64,000 nucleotides of DNA from a virus: positions 1-64,000 of IMG/VR virus record IMGVR_UViG_3300032242_000738; one strand, written 5' to 3'. Shown here one piece after another: positions 1 to 9,607 of this stretch. The notes under the pieces were generated by a model. It saw nothing but the letters and a program-made list of their open reading frames with translations, had not been told where the DNA came from and did no database searches. The position numbers and the translations under genes were made by a program. The number at the start of each line of letters is the position of its first letter. The first letter of the stretch is position 1.

Positions 1-586
1 AGCTAACCCGATTCGTAGATTTATTATTAGTCCACAAATCTTTACAATCATCAAATCTAGTTTGATGGATCCAGATATGGAAGAATTGCCAACAGACTTT
101 ATGCGTGGTCTTGATTTGAATATCAAGAAAACAAGCAAGGGTGGCTATGCTGATTACAGCACAAGCAATTGGGCACGTAAAGAATCTGCACTAACAGAAG
201 CAGAACAAGCAGCCATTGAAGCACATGGCTTGTACAATTTGGCAGAGTTTTTGCCAAAGCGTCCCGGCGAAGCAGAATTGCGTGTCATTAAAGAAATGTT
301 TGACGCAAGTGTAGACGGTCAACCATATGACTTAGAGCGTTGGGGTAGTTACTATCGTCCTTATGGATTAGAAGCACCTGCAGGAGCAACCGCGGAAAAA
401 CAATCAGCGCCAGTACGTAATGAGGTAAGCGCACCCGCAACAGCACCCGTAGCAGAAACTTCAGCACCATGGGAAGAAGATGCAATGGCAGCAGCCGAAT
501 CTATTAAGGTTCCAACAGCACAACCATCAAGTGACAAAGCACAAGACATTCTAGCAATGATTCGTGCTAGACAAAATAAGTCTTGA
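1..586 (+). CDS. gp32: T4 gp32-like single-stranded DNA-binding protein (5' end outside window)
   Basis: Frame open from base 2 (ANPIRRFIISPQIF...LPTDFMRGLDLNIKKTSKGGYADYSTSNW), matching gp32-type core; lies upstream of uvsX. Confidence 0.8.
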   Translation, partial: ANPIRRFIISPQIFTIIKSSLMDPDMEELPTDFMRGLDLNIKKTSKGGYADYSTSNWARKESALTEAEQAAIEAHGLYNLAEFLPKRPGEAELRVIKEMFDASVDGQPYDLERWGSYYRPYGLEAPAGATAEKQSAPVRNEVSAPATAPVAETSAPWEEDAMAAAESIKVPTAQPSSDKAQDILAMIRARQNKS

Positions 587-591
587 TAGAA

Positions 592-608
592 TGGGGCTAC
601 GGCCCCTT
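592..608 (+). terminator. GC-rich hairpin after SSB
   Basis: ggggc-tacg-gcccc followed by a short T run; may be a stability hairpin instead. Confidence 0.45.
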
Positions 609-623
609 CCTAAGGAGAACTAG

Positions 624-851
624 ATGACACTACCAGACGAAAGATACCGAGCCATTAAGCAAGGTAAAAAACTATTGGAAGAATTATGCGATCCAGGTAA
701 AACCCCACGTGTTCCTAGCTTAATCAGAGATAGAGCAAGAACAGCATTACGTCATTACCCAAATGACTGGGAACTAGAATCTATTGCAGAAAAATGTCCA
801 GATATACTAGACAAACAAACATTTAGTGTGTACACTACTATAAACAAATAA
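624..851 (+). CDS. small hypothetical protein (BPSL0761-like)
   Basis: SD AGGAG; MTLPDER..A..., ARTALRHYP pattern. Confidence 0.6.
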   Translation: MTLPDERYRAIKQGKKLLEELCDPGKTPRVPSLIRDRARTALRHYPNDWELESIAEKCPDILDKQTFSVYTTINK

Positions 852-859
852 GGAATATA

Positions 860-1927
860 ATGGCAAAACCATTCGACATTAGTAAGTTCCGTAAGGACAT
901 TACAAAAAGCATTGAAGGTCTATCAATAGGATTTAATGATCCTACCGATTGGATCAGTACAGGAAATTATGCACTTAACTATCTCATTAGCGGTGATTTT
1001 AATAAAGGCGTTCCTCTTGGTAAAGTTACTGTCTTTGCCGGAGAGTCAGGAGCAGGTAAAAGTTTCATCTGTTCAGGAAATCTCGTTAGACACGCACAAG
1101 AACAAGGAATCTTTGTAGTATTAATTGATTCAGAAAACGCACTTGACGAAGCATGGCTACATGCATTAGGTGTTTCAACAGACGAAAGTAAATTGTTGAA
1201 ACTTAACATGGCTATGATTGATGATGTGGGTAAGACTATTTCAACATTCGTTAAAGACTATAAAGGTCTGCCAGAAACAGATAGACCTAAAGTATTATTT
1301 GTACTTGACAGTCTTGGTATGTTGTTGACACCAACTGACGTTAATCAGTTTGAAGCAGGTGATATGAAAGGTGACATGGGTCGTAAGCCTAAAGCACTAA
1401 CAGCACTTGTTCGTAACTGTGTTAATATGTTTGGTTCATTGAACATTGGACTAGTTGCTACTAATCATACATATGCGTCACAAGATATGTTTGACCCAGA
1501 TGATAAAATCAGTGGCGGTCAAGGTTTCGTTTATGCAAGTAGTATTGTTGTTGCTATGAAGAAATTGAAACTTAAAGAAGATGAAGATGGTAATAAGATT
1601 AGTGATGTGCGAGGTATTCGTGCCGCATGTAAGATTATGAAAACTCGTTATGCGAAACCATTTGAAAGTGTACAAGTTAAGATTCCTTATGAAACAGGTA
1701 TGAGTCCTTACTCAGGTATGCTTGACATGATTGAGAAAGCTGAACTTGTTAAAAAAGAAGGCAACAGTTTAGTCTATACAACACTTGATGGTGAAATCAT
1801 TAAGAAGTTTCGTAAGGCATGGGAAGCAAACACTGACGGTTGCTTAGATAAAGTGATGAGTGAATATAGTCAAAAAGCAACAACAAAGATAAGTACTGTA
1901 ACACCTGAGGAGGATAGTACAGTATGA
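860..1927 (+). CDS. uvsX: UvsX/RecA-like recombinase
   Basis: ISTGNYALN, Walker A GESGAGKS, LDSLG, NHTY, ISGG motifs. Confidence 0.93.
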   Translation: MAKPFDISKFRKDITKSIEGLSIGFNDPTDWISTGNYALNYLISGDFNKGVPLGKVTVFAGESGAGKSFICSGNLVRHAQEQGIFVVLIDSENALDEAWLHALGVSTDESKLLKLNMAMIDDVGKTISTFVKDYKGLPETDRPKVLFVLDSLGMLLTPTDVNQFEAGDMKGDMGRKPKALTALVRNCVNMFGSLNIGLVATNHTYASQDMFDPDDKISGGQGFVYASSIVVAMKKLKLKEDEDGNKISDVRGIRAACKIMKTRYAKPFESVQVKIPYETGMSPYSGMLDMIEKAELVKKEGNSLVYTTLDGEIIKKFRKAWEANTDGCLDKVMSEYSQKATTKISTVTPEEDSTV

Positions 1928-2175
1928 GTTTAGATTTTGTTGCTGAAGTTTGGGATGCATTACGTACACACATTGATTTCAATGACCGTAATGATGCCGC
2001 AGATACATTAATCAATCTATTGATTGACAACAATTACGAAGCTGACGATATCAAAGATGCGTTCAGAAGTGACAAGGAAGTGCTTACTGCATTGAAAGGT
2101 TACGCTGAACAGCATGATATTGAAGATGACTACGAAGAATATGAAGAAGACGAAGACCAAGACGATTGGAACTAA
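1924..2175 (+). CDS. acidic hypothetical protein
   Basis: ATGA overlap with uvsX, 83 aa. Confidence 0.7.
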   Translation: MSLDFVAEVWDALRTHIDFNDRNDAADTLINLLIDNNYEADDIKDAFRSDKEVLTALKGYAEQHDIEDDYEEYEEDEDQDDWN

Positions 2176-2637
2176 ATGTCAAATTGGTATACAAGGATCA
2201 CAACTAATTTAGGTGTGATACCCGATTTTATTTCATATTATGATAACGAAATAATTTCAGCAAAAAGTGATGTAAAGGTATACGGTAATGTTGAAAAGAA
2301 CATTGCCGCATTACCCGGAATTACAGAACATAGATTTAATCAACTACAAGAGATAGAAGCAGTATTGAACTATCTCAACATTCAATTACGGAAAATTCGC
2401 CGAAAGCATTTTCAAAAATACTTAGAAGCGTATAATAGAGCATTGACAAGTCGTGATGCTGAAAAGTATGTTGATGGTGAAGATGAAGTAGTTGACTTTG
2501 AAACACTTATCAATGAAGTAGCATTACTACGAAATCGTTGGTTAGGTATAATGAAGGGCCTTGAAGCTAAACAATGGCAGATGGGTCATATTGTAAGATT
2601 ACGTACAGCTGGTATGGAGGATATTAGAATTGACTAA
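2176..2637 (+). CDS. uvsY: UvsY recombination mediator
   Basis: Helical protein with RALTSRDAEKYVDGE pattern, downstream of uvsX. Confidence 0.75.
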   Translation: MSNWYTRITTNLGVIPDFISYYDNEIISAKSDVKVYGNVEKNIAALPGITEHRFNQLQEIEAVLNYLNIQLRKIRRKHFQKYLEAYNRALTSRDAEKYVDGEDEVVDFETLINEVALLRNRWLGIMKGLEAKQWQMGHIVRLRTAGMEDIRID

Positions 2638-2709
2638 ACATGATGAGTTACAATACTATCAACTTTTGAATTGGAATGTTGTATGATTTTAGGTAATAAT
2701 ATTGCTAGT

Positions 2710-3288
2710 ATGATATTCAGTAATAAAAAACTCACTGATTTTTTATTGCCGGATCCTGACCCATGGCATGGCACTTTCCTCCAGGGCTATGTTGATAAAA
2801 ATAATAAAGTTAAAGGCAAATTTGGTGAAATGTTAGTTGAGGCATTAATGTCACTATATGGACATTCTGTATTCAAACCAATAAATAAAGGTCATGATAG
2901 GATCATAACATCTAATGTAGTTGAACTTACTAATACAATTAAAAAAGTTACAAAAGAATTTAAAGTAGAAATTAAATTTGGCGTTGCACATAGAAATCCC
3001 AAAAACAAGGGAACTGTCCTGCCCGGAGTATTTTCTTTTAATCATTTTGGAATACAAAAAGATTGGGAACGTGCAATCATCATTTCAGTTGATCCGGGCC
3101 CAAATATATATGCTGTATGGTTTGATAAACAAGATTTAATAACAAATATTGCTTCTGAAAATCCCATATTTAGTAGACAGCAAGGCGGTAAAAATGGTAA
3201 CAATGATGATTGGATGTTTATCACTAATCCAACATCCTGGCAAAACTTTATTAATTTGTCTTGGGTTAAGAGCTTAGGACAATGGTAA
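2710..3288 (+). CDS. putative PD-(D/E)XK restriction-type endonuclease (start uncertain: 2671/2683/2710)
   Basis: KGKFGEMLV...GHDRII...VEIKFG catalytic pattern; overlaps a methyltransferase gene. Confidence 0.6.
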   Translation: MIFSNKKLTDFLLPDPDPWHGTFLQGYVDKNNKVKGKFGEMLVEALMSLYGHSVFKPINKGHDRIITSNVVELTNTIKKVTKEFKVEIKFGVAHRNPKNKGTVLPGVFSFNHFGIQKDWERAIIISVDPGPNIYAVWFDKQDLITNIASENPIFSRQQGGKNGNNDDWMFITNPTSWQNFINLSWVKSLGQW

Positions 3289-4280
3289 AACTAGCCGACA
3301 TACTAAATGTACGTTACTCAACACGTAATCTATCAGACATAGACTTTAACGCTGCCGTACCCAGTCTGGCTAAAGAACTAGAACAATATAACTTCTTACC
3401 ACAATACACAGATGATGTACTAAAAAAAGACTGGCAACAACTATGTAAATGGACTACTACTGATACAACAATCAGTAGTACATCACGTTTAGGAATGAAA
3501 CTAAGTGAACACTATTGCCACAATTTCTATGATATTGAAAGTAGTAGTGGTACTAGTTATAGAAGTTTGTGGACTAGTTCTAACTTAGAAAAAGTTCTTA
3601 GATGGAATCGTAGTAGTCATAGTACACCTTACCTTAGTGAATTAAAACGTGGTATATATTTCTGTTGTGGATTGACTAAAAATACAATGTATCGTCCGCA
3701 AATGATGAAATTAGCTTGTATTAAATATAAGCCAGAAATAGTATTAGATCCATGTGCAGGTTGGGGCGGCCGCATGTTAGGTGCAGTAAGCTATGGAGCA
3801 CATTATATTGCCTTTGAACCTAACACACAAACATATGATAATTTGATGAAGATTGTAAATTTCTTAGGTATACAAAACAAAGTTACATTGATATGTGATG
3901 ATGCATTGAACATGAAACAATATAATTTACCTAAAGTTGATTTAGTATTGACTAGTCCACCTTACTTTGATTTAGAAGTTTATACACATGAACCTACACA
4001 ATCAATAACAAAGACACCTACATATCAGGATTGGGCTGATGGGTTTTTGCGTGAGATTATTAAATTAGGTATAGAACATTTGAACCCCAATGGCGTAAGT
4101 TGTTGGAATGTAGGCAAGGTTCGTAATAGAGATATGGCAGATGATGTATTAAAATATCATAACGAATTTGGTTATAGCAAAATTGATATATTATCAGTTC
4201 AAAGTAGCAAACGACAAAGTAATCAAAATACAGTAAAAAACGCTAAAAGTAGTGATGATACCATAGTGTATAGAATTTGA
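3282..4280 (+). CDS. amino (m4C/m6A) DNA methyltransferase
   Basis: Motif I LDPCAGWGGR then motif IV LTSPPYF. Confidence 0.85.
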   Translation: MVKLADILNVRYSTRNLSDIDFNAAVPSLAKELEQYNFLPQYTDDVLKKDWQQLCKWTTTDTTISSTSRLGMKLSEHYCHNFYDIESSSGTSYRSLWTSSNLEKVLRWNRSSHSTPYLSELKRGIYFCCGLTKNTMYRPQMMKLACIKYKPEIVLDPCAGWGGRMLGAVSYGAHYIAFEPNTQTYDNLMKIVNFLGIQNKVTLICDDALNMKQYNLPKVDLVLTSPPYFDLEVYTHEPTQSITKTPTYQDWADGFLREIIKLGIEHLNPNGVSCWNVGKVRNRDMADDVLKYHNEFGYSKIDILSVQSSKRQSNQNTVKNAKSSDDTIVYRI

Positions 4281-4305
4281 CAATAAATGGATATTCCTAT
4301 ATAAT
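4277..4305 (+). promoter_or_regulatory. sigma70-type early promoter, cassette copy 1
   Basis: TTGACA-17nt-TATAAT. Confidence 0.85.
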
Positions 4306-4339
4306 AGAGGCTTAGACAGTCACAAAGCAGGAGTTGTTT

Positions 4340-4552
4340 ATGGGTTATAGTGTTGTTGCTGACAAGTATCAAATGGACGAAATGCGTACAAAATACGGTC
4401 CACGTAAGGGCTTAGAAGGTCCATTCAATTTCAGCGGAAGAGTGTTGTATTATGACAACAGTGAAGGCCAGTACTATGATCCACGTACCGATTTCTATGT
4501 AGAACAGATGGAAATGAACGAAATTCATGCTAATTTAATTGCCAAAATTTGA
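4340..4552 (+). CDS. small early hypothetical protein
   Basis: SD AGGAG at 4329; GRVLYYD..EGQYYDP motif. Confidence 0.7.
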   Translation: MGYSVVADKYQMDEMRTKYGPRKGLEGPFNFSGRVLYYDNSEGQYYDPRTDFYVEQMEMNEIHANLIAKI

Positions 4553-4577
4553 CAATAAATGGGCCCTGTGCTACAAT
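4549..4577 (+). promoter_or_regulatory. sigma70-type early promoter, cassette copy 2
   Basis: TTGACA-17nt-TACAAT with extended -10 TG. Confidence 0.8.
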
Positions 4578-4610
4578 ACTTGTATTGAAACTGATGTAGA
4601 GGACTACGAA

Positions 4611-4988
4611 ATGACTACAGAATATAAATCTTGGGAAGAGTTGACAACTTTAGAGCAGTATTCCAGTATCTATTGGGATATGTATAAGGATGCGTTTGGT
4701 ATTCGTCCACGTGGTATTGATACCTCTGCTTGGACTGAAGCAGACTTCCTAGCTGAGTTCAAGGAGTTGAGTGAAATCATTGACCGTAAAGAAATTGAAC
4801 GTAAAAGTGCCGAAGTTAAGGCTACTGAATTGTTTGAACGCCGTGTAGCAGAATTGATTAGTGTCGGTGCCAAAGACTATGAAATGGCTATGCGTTGGAT
4901 CCATGAAGCTGAGGACACTCAAGGTGATGATGACTATTTGGCTTATACACTAGGCTTGCCCTATCAGTATTTTCGCAAGGTAGCGTAA
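4611..4988 (+). CDS. early hypothetical protein
   Basis: SD GAGG before ATG 4611 (track start 4539 lies upstream of the promoter); DMYKDAFGIRPRG motif. Confidence 0.75.
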   Translation: MTTEYKSWEELTTLEQYSSIYWDMYKDAFGIRPRGIDTSAWTEADFLAEFKELSEIIDRKEIERKSAEVKATELFERRVAELISVGAKDYEMAMRWIHEAEDTQGDDDYLAYTLGLPYQYFRKVA

Positions 4989-5031
4989 TTTGACAATAAA
5001 TGGCATTCGTGCTATAATACTTGTATTGATT
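4987..5031 (+). repeat. 45-bp promoter repeat, copy 3
   Basis: aatttgacaataaatggcattcgtgctataatacttgtattgatt identical to 5387-5431; TTGACA-17-TATAAT. Confidence 0.9.
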
Positions 5032-5047
5032 GATTAAAGGAGCTTAT

Positions 5048-5386
5048 ATGTCTTACTATGATGTTGATGAAGATTCACGTACTAGAACAACTGCTTGGTA
5101 CGCTAGACAAGATTGTGAACAGTACAATCGTGAACACAAACATTTGTATACTAAAGATCAAATTTTGTCAGGCGAGTTATTGAAAAAAGCAGCCGAAATT
5201 GCATACTTTCGTAGTCGTGTGTTTTTGAATTTTCGTGAAAAATTTATGACTGTTAAAGTTGAGGCCCCGCAAATTGCTGATAAAATTTCTAATGAAGTAG
5301 AACAATTATTAATTCATGCAGGAAAAACTGGCATACGTGTTAAGCACGGCAAAGCTAGTGTAATTTTTGAATTTGCACATCGTTGA
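5048..5386 (+). CDS. early hypothetical protein
   Basis: SD AAGGAG before ATG 5048. Confidence 0.7.
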   Translation: MSYYDVDEDSRTRTTAWYARQDCEQYNREHKHLYTKDQILSGELLKKAAEIAYFRSRVFLNFREKFMTVKVEAPQIADKISNEVEQLLIHAGKTGIRVKHGKASVIFEFAHR

Positions 5387-5431
5387 AATTTGACAATAAA
5401 TGGCATTCGTGCTATAATACTTGTATTGATT
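5387..5431 (+). repeat. 45-bp promoter repeat, copy 4
   Basis: Identical to 4987-5031, offset 400 bp. Confidence 0.9.
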
Positions 5432-5448
5432 AACACACAGGAGAGATT

Positions 5449-6477
5449 ATGTCTACTATTCGCATATTGTCAGGTTCTTATCGCAATGAAGCAGTTACAG
5501 GTGAAGTGTTCACACTAGTCAAAGGCTTTCAAACAAGCAAAAAAGGTAGTTATGTGACTGTTAAAAATGAAGGTCAGTTTCCGGGTCGTAGTGATGAGAT
5601 TAAAATCTTAGTGGAAACAATTGATAATATTGAATTTTTGAATGGAGAGAAGGTAATGTCTAATAGTGTAGTAGAATTTAAGAAAGAAACTGTTAAAGAA
5701 ACTGAACAAGAAGCAATGGACCGTATTGCATCACGTTTTGAGGTCCTTGATGAAATGTCACGTGCTTGTATCAATGGTGACATTCGTGCTATGATTGTTT
5801 CAGGCCCGCCCGGTGTAGGTAAGAGTCATGGTGTTGAGACACAAATGGAACGTGCAAGTATGTTTGACAAACTTGCAGGCAAACGTGTACGTTTTCAAAT
5901 CGTCAAAGGTGCAATGACAGCATTGGGTTTGTATACTCAACTGTACAAATATTCTGACACTAAAAACGTATTGATTTTTGATGACTGTGACAGCGTTTTT
6001 ACTGATGACTTGAGTTTGAACATTCTTAAAGCGGCCCTTGATTCAGGCAAGACACGTAGAATTTGCTGGAATAGTGACAGTCGTTTGTTGCGTGAAGAAG
6101 GTATCCCTAATACTTTCAACTTCAATGGCAGTGCTATCTTTATCACTAACTTGAAATTCGGCAACTTGAAGTCTAAGAAATTGCAGGATCACTTAGAAGC
6201 TTTGCAGAGTCGTTGTCACTTTCTGGACCTGACTATTGATGGTGATCGTGACAAGATGTTGCGTATTAAACAGGTACATCGTGATAGTGATGGTGGCTTG
6301 TTCAAAGACTATGATTTTACTGAAGAACAATCACAAACTGTGATTAGCTTTATGTGGGACAATCATACTAAATTGCGTGAAGTGTCCTTGCGTATGTGTT
6401 TGAAGATTGCAGACTTAGTTAAGATCAGTCCCAACAACTGGCAGAATCTTGCTAAGACAACTTGCATGAAAGGTTAA
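5449..6477 (+). CDS. AAA+ ATPase
   Basis: Walker A GPPGVGKS, Walker B LIFDDCD, sensor FITN, ALQSRC. Confidence 0.85.
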   Translation: MSTIRILSGSYRNEAVTGEVFTLVKGFQTSKKGSYVTVKNEGQFPGRSDEIKILVETIDNIEFLNGEKVMSNSVVEFKKETVKETEQEAMDRIASRFEVLDEMSRACINGDIRAMIVSGPPGVGKSHGVETQMERASMFDKLAGKRVRFQIVKGAMTALGLYTQLYKYSDTKNVLIFDDCDSVFTDDLSLNILKAALDSGKTRRICWNSDSRLLREEGIPNTFNFNGSAIFITNLKFGNLKSKKLQDHLEALQSRCHFLDLTIDGDRDKMLRIKQVHRDSDGGLFKDYDFTEEQSQTVISFMWDNHTKLREVSLRMCLKIADLVKISPNNWQNLAKTTCMKG

Positions 6478-6542
6478 CTCCTGCAGTGTGCGTAACGGCA
6501 ATGTCAATAAGTCCGTTTCGTTAATTTTTCTTCAGTACTTTT

Positions 6543-6567
6543 GGGAGACTATGGTCTCCCCTTTTTC
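6543..6567 (+). terminator. intrinsic terminator
   Basis: gggagac-tatg-gtctccc then cttttt. Confidence 0.8.
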
Positions 6568-6610
6568 CTTTAATCATTGTCTATCAACAAAATATATTGT
6601 ATAATTACTA

Positions 6611-7642
6611 ATGGTTGAATTGAATTACAAAGAACATCTAGTCTATTACATGATTAATAACCTACGATTAAGTAGGTATGATATTCGTTTCCTTCAAAAC
6701 CTTGAAAAAATTAGTATAGTTAAAAAAGTTATTACTAGCAATCAGGCTGAACTAGTTGATAAACTTATAGAAAAATATGAACGTCAATTTGTAAAAAATC
6801 AATTGTTCACTAGTGAATTATTAAAACTGCCATGGAAAACAATAATAGTAGAAACTACTGATGAATATACCTCTGCTCATATAGGTATATTGGAAGATAA
6901 CATCATATTGAAAACTCCATACAATAAATTGTTTATTGGAGCATTTAGGTCACTCAGTCAATCTAGTTTTGTTTGGGACCATGTCAATAAATACTATATT
7001 GCTGATTTAAGTACACATTCATTAAAACTGTCAATACACATGGTAAAAAAGTTCTTTAACGAAGTTAGATATAGCGACAATGTTAAAAAACTATTGGATC
7101 AATTAGATTACTATAAAGATGTAAAATATTGGAAACCAACACTAGTTAATAGTAATGGTAATTACATTATTGCTTGCACTAACAATGCACTAAATGAAGC
7201 TATTAGTCATATTGAACTAAACACAGAATTGACTACAATGGCTGAATTAGTAAGATATGGAATAGATATTGATGAGGATATTTTTCTAACTGATGAAGAA
7301 AGATTTGCAGGATCATATAATCCCAAAATAGAATTGTCAAAGATATGTGATATTGTGCCATGGTTAAAGAATATCAAATGTGATTATGTTTCAGTATCAG
7401 GTGTGGGTCTATCAACTTCAGTTAAGTTTAAAATTGAATTTAAACAGGCACTGGAACGTGCAGGAATAAAGTATAATGATACACTAAAGGTTATAGGATC
7501 GGAACATGTAAAACAATATAAGTTCCCTGTAATAGTCAAATTCAGATTAATGTCAGATTTCACAGAATCTGTACATATGGCAAAAGTAATCACTATTGTA
7601 AATAGTCAACCAGTTAACTTGGAAAAGAATGAAACAATGTAA
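6611..7642 (+). CDS. hypothetical protein upstream of uvsW
   Basis: 343-aa ORF behind TTGTCT-17-TATAAT (6577-6605). Confidence 0.7.
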   Translation: MVELNYKEHLVYYMINNLRLSRYDIRFLQNLEKISIVKKVITSNQAELVDKLIEKYERQFVKNQLFTSELLKLPWKTIIVETTDEYTSAHIGILEDNIILKTPYNKLFIGAFRSLSQSSFVWDHVNKYYIADLSTHSLKLSIHMVKKFFNEVRYSDNVKKLLDQLDYYKDVKYWKPTLVNSNGNYIIACTNNALNEAISHIELNTELTTMAELVRYGIDIDEDIFLTDEERFAGSYNPKIELSKICDIVPWLKNIKCDYVSVSGVGLSTSVKFKIEFKQALERAGIKYNDTLKVIGSEHVKQYKFPVIVKFRLMSDFTESVHMAKVITIVNSQPVNLEKNETM

Positions 7643-9086
7643 AATAATCGTCAAAGACGAAGTAAATGTAAAAATTGAGGGACTTGAACTATCAGAACGT
7701 AAAGCTCTAATGAAAATGTTTGAGTACGAAATACCCGGTGCACGTTATCTACCTGCAGTACGTTTAGGTAGATGGAATGGTAAGGTTAGTTACTTCAGTC
7801 TAGCCGGTAGTACGTACATCAATCTACTTCCTGAAATACTTCCTTACCTAGATAATGCAGGATATGATATTGAACTAGATGATTTACGTGATTACACTAC
7901 AACCTTTACTTTTGACAAAGTGTCCGAGAATACATTTATACATAAGAACTGGCCTAAAGGTCATCCTAAAGAAGGTACCCCAGTAGAATTACGTGATTAT
8001 CAAATTGAAATCGTAAACAACTTCTTAGAAAACCCACAAGCATTACAAGAAATCGCTACTGGTGCAGGTAAAACACTAATGACTGCCGCACTTAGCCATA
8101 GTGTTGAGAAGTATGGACGTAGTATTGTTATTGTCCCAAACAAAAGTCTGGTAACACAAACAGAAGCAGATTACATTAATCTTGGATTAGATGTTGGTGT
8201 ATACTTTGGTGATCGTAAAGAATACAATAAAACACATACCATCTGTACTTGGCAAAGTCTTAACAATATGCTTAAGAAAACTAAGTCAGGTGAAGCAGAA
8301 GTAGAGATTGGTGACTTCATTGAGGGTGTAGTTTGTGTAATGGTTGATGAAGTACATATGGCAAAAGCCGATGCACTAAAAACACTACTTACTAGTGTAT
8401 TCAGTAAAGTGCCCATTCGTTGGGGATTGACAGGAACTATCCCTAAAGCTAAGTTTGAATCACAAAGTATCTTTGTAAGTTTGGGTAATGTTATTGGTAA
8501 ACTAAGTGCAAGTGAATTGCAGGATCAGGGTGTATTAGCACGTTGTCATGTTAACATTATACAGTTACAAGATGGTAAAGAATTTACTAACTACCAAAGC
8601 GAACTAAAACATTTACTAGAAGATAGTGAACGATTGGATAAGATTGCCAGTTTAATCAGTGGTATTAATGATACAGGTAACACATTGATATTAGTTGATA
8701 GGGTCAATGCAGGTAAAGAGATTGTTAACAGATTACCCGGTAGTGTATTTGTTAGCGGTGCTACTAATATGAATGAAAGGAAAGAAGAATATGATGAAGT
8801 TGCTACAAGCACTAACAAGATTATCGTGGCTACATATGGTGTGGCTGCAGTTGGCATTAATATCCCTAGAATTTTTAATTTGGTGCTCATTGAGCCTGGT
8901 AAATCGTTTGTGCGAGTTATCCAGTCTATTGGTAGGGGCATCCGAAAAGCTGAGGATAAAGATCATGTCCAAATATACGACATAACTAGTAGTTGTAAGT
9001 TTGCCAAACGTCATTTAACCCAACGTAAAGCTTTTTATAAAGAGGCTAATTACCCTTTTGACGTAGAAAAGTTGACTTATAGATAA
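7629..9086 (+). CDS. uvsW: UvsW-like SF2 DNA helicase
   Basis: LRDYQ, ATGAGKT, DEVH, GLTGT, QSIGRGIR. Confidence 0.9.
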   Translation: MKQCKIIVKDEVNVKIEGLELSERKALMKMFEYEIPGARYLPAVRLGRWNGKVSYFSLAGSTYINLLPEILPYLDNAGYDIELDDLRDYTTTFTFDKVSENTFIHKNWPKGHPKEGTPVELRDYQIEIVNNFLENPQALQEIATGAGKTLMTAALSHSVEKYGRSIVIVPNKSLVTQTEADYINLGLDVGVYFGDRKEYNKTHTICTWQSLNNMLKKTKSGEAEVEIGDFIEGVVCVMVDEVHMAKADALKTLLTSVFSKVPIRWGLTGTIPKAKFESQSIFVSLGNVIGKLSASELQDQGVLARCHVNIIQLQDGKEFTNYQSELKHLLEDSERLDKIASLISGINDTGNTLILVDRVNAGKEIVNRLPGSVFVSGATNMNERKEEYDEVATSTNKIIVATYGVAAVGINIPRIFNLVLIEPGKSFVRVIQSIGRGIRKAEDKDHVQIYDITSSCKFAKRHLTQRKAFYKEANYPFDVEKLTYR

Positions 9087-9100
9087 GAAAGTGTTATAAT
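9072..9100 (+). promoter_or_regulatory. sigma70-type promoter
   Basis: TTGACT-17-TATAAT, 6 nt before ATG 9107. Confidence 0.75.
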
Positions 9101-9106
9101 AATATC

Positions 9107-9607
9107 ATGCGTATACTTACATTAGAAAATTCCTATTATAATCTTGAAACACTTCCGGAAGAAATAGATGACCTTCGTTTTGCTATCTTAGATAACAGTA
9201 ATCCACAAAATGTAGATTATCATTATATCCCATTAATCTTTTTGGAATCATTTAACAGTCCGGCACTTGTATTAAAGATTGGTAATCAAACAATCAAAAT
9301 GCCAGTAGATTGGCAAATATTAATTGGTGAGCAAGAACATGGTGATTTAGAAACATTACCATTAACAAGTATCAATGATAGAGGATTTAATGCTTTTGAG
9401 TTTAATCCACTAACTGCATTTAGTCCTAGCTTTGTACCCATTGAGATTGTAGATATTTACCATGATGTAACATGGTATGCACCACGATTGAAAAACGGAC
9501 AATTCTTATGTGTACCGATTGATGACGGGCCTAAGCCCCGATGTGTATATTTTGTAAAAGAGATTAGTCGTAATTGTGAGATTGTGGACTATAGTCAGGC
9601 TTTCTAA
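9107..9607 (+). CDS. hypothetical protein, possible degenerate Hint fold
   Basis: 166-aa beta-rich ORF; see findings. Confidence 0.65.
   Translation: MRILTLENSYYNLETLPEEIDDLRFAILDNSNPQNVDYHYIPLIFLESFNSPALVLKIGNQTIKMPVDWQILIGEQEHGDLETLPLTSINDRGFNAFEFNPLTAFSPSFVPIEIVDIYHDVTWYAPRLKNGQFLCVPIDDGPKPRCVYFVKEISRNCEIVDYSQAF

Noticed and set aside
4274-5431. Direct repeats as a CRISPR array
   Set aside because: Intervals are 270-440 bp and contain genes; the repeats are promoters; no cas genes
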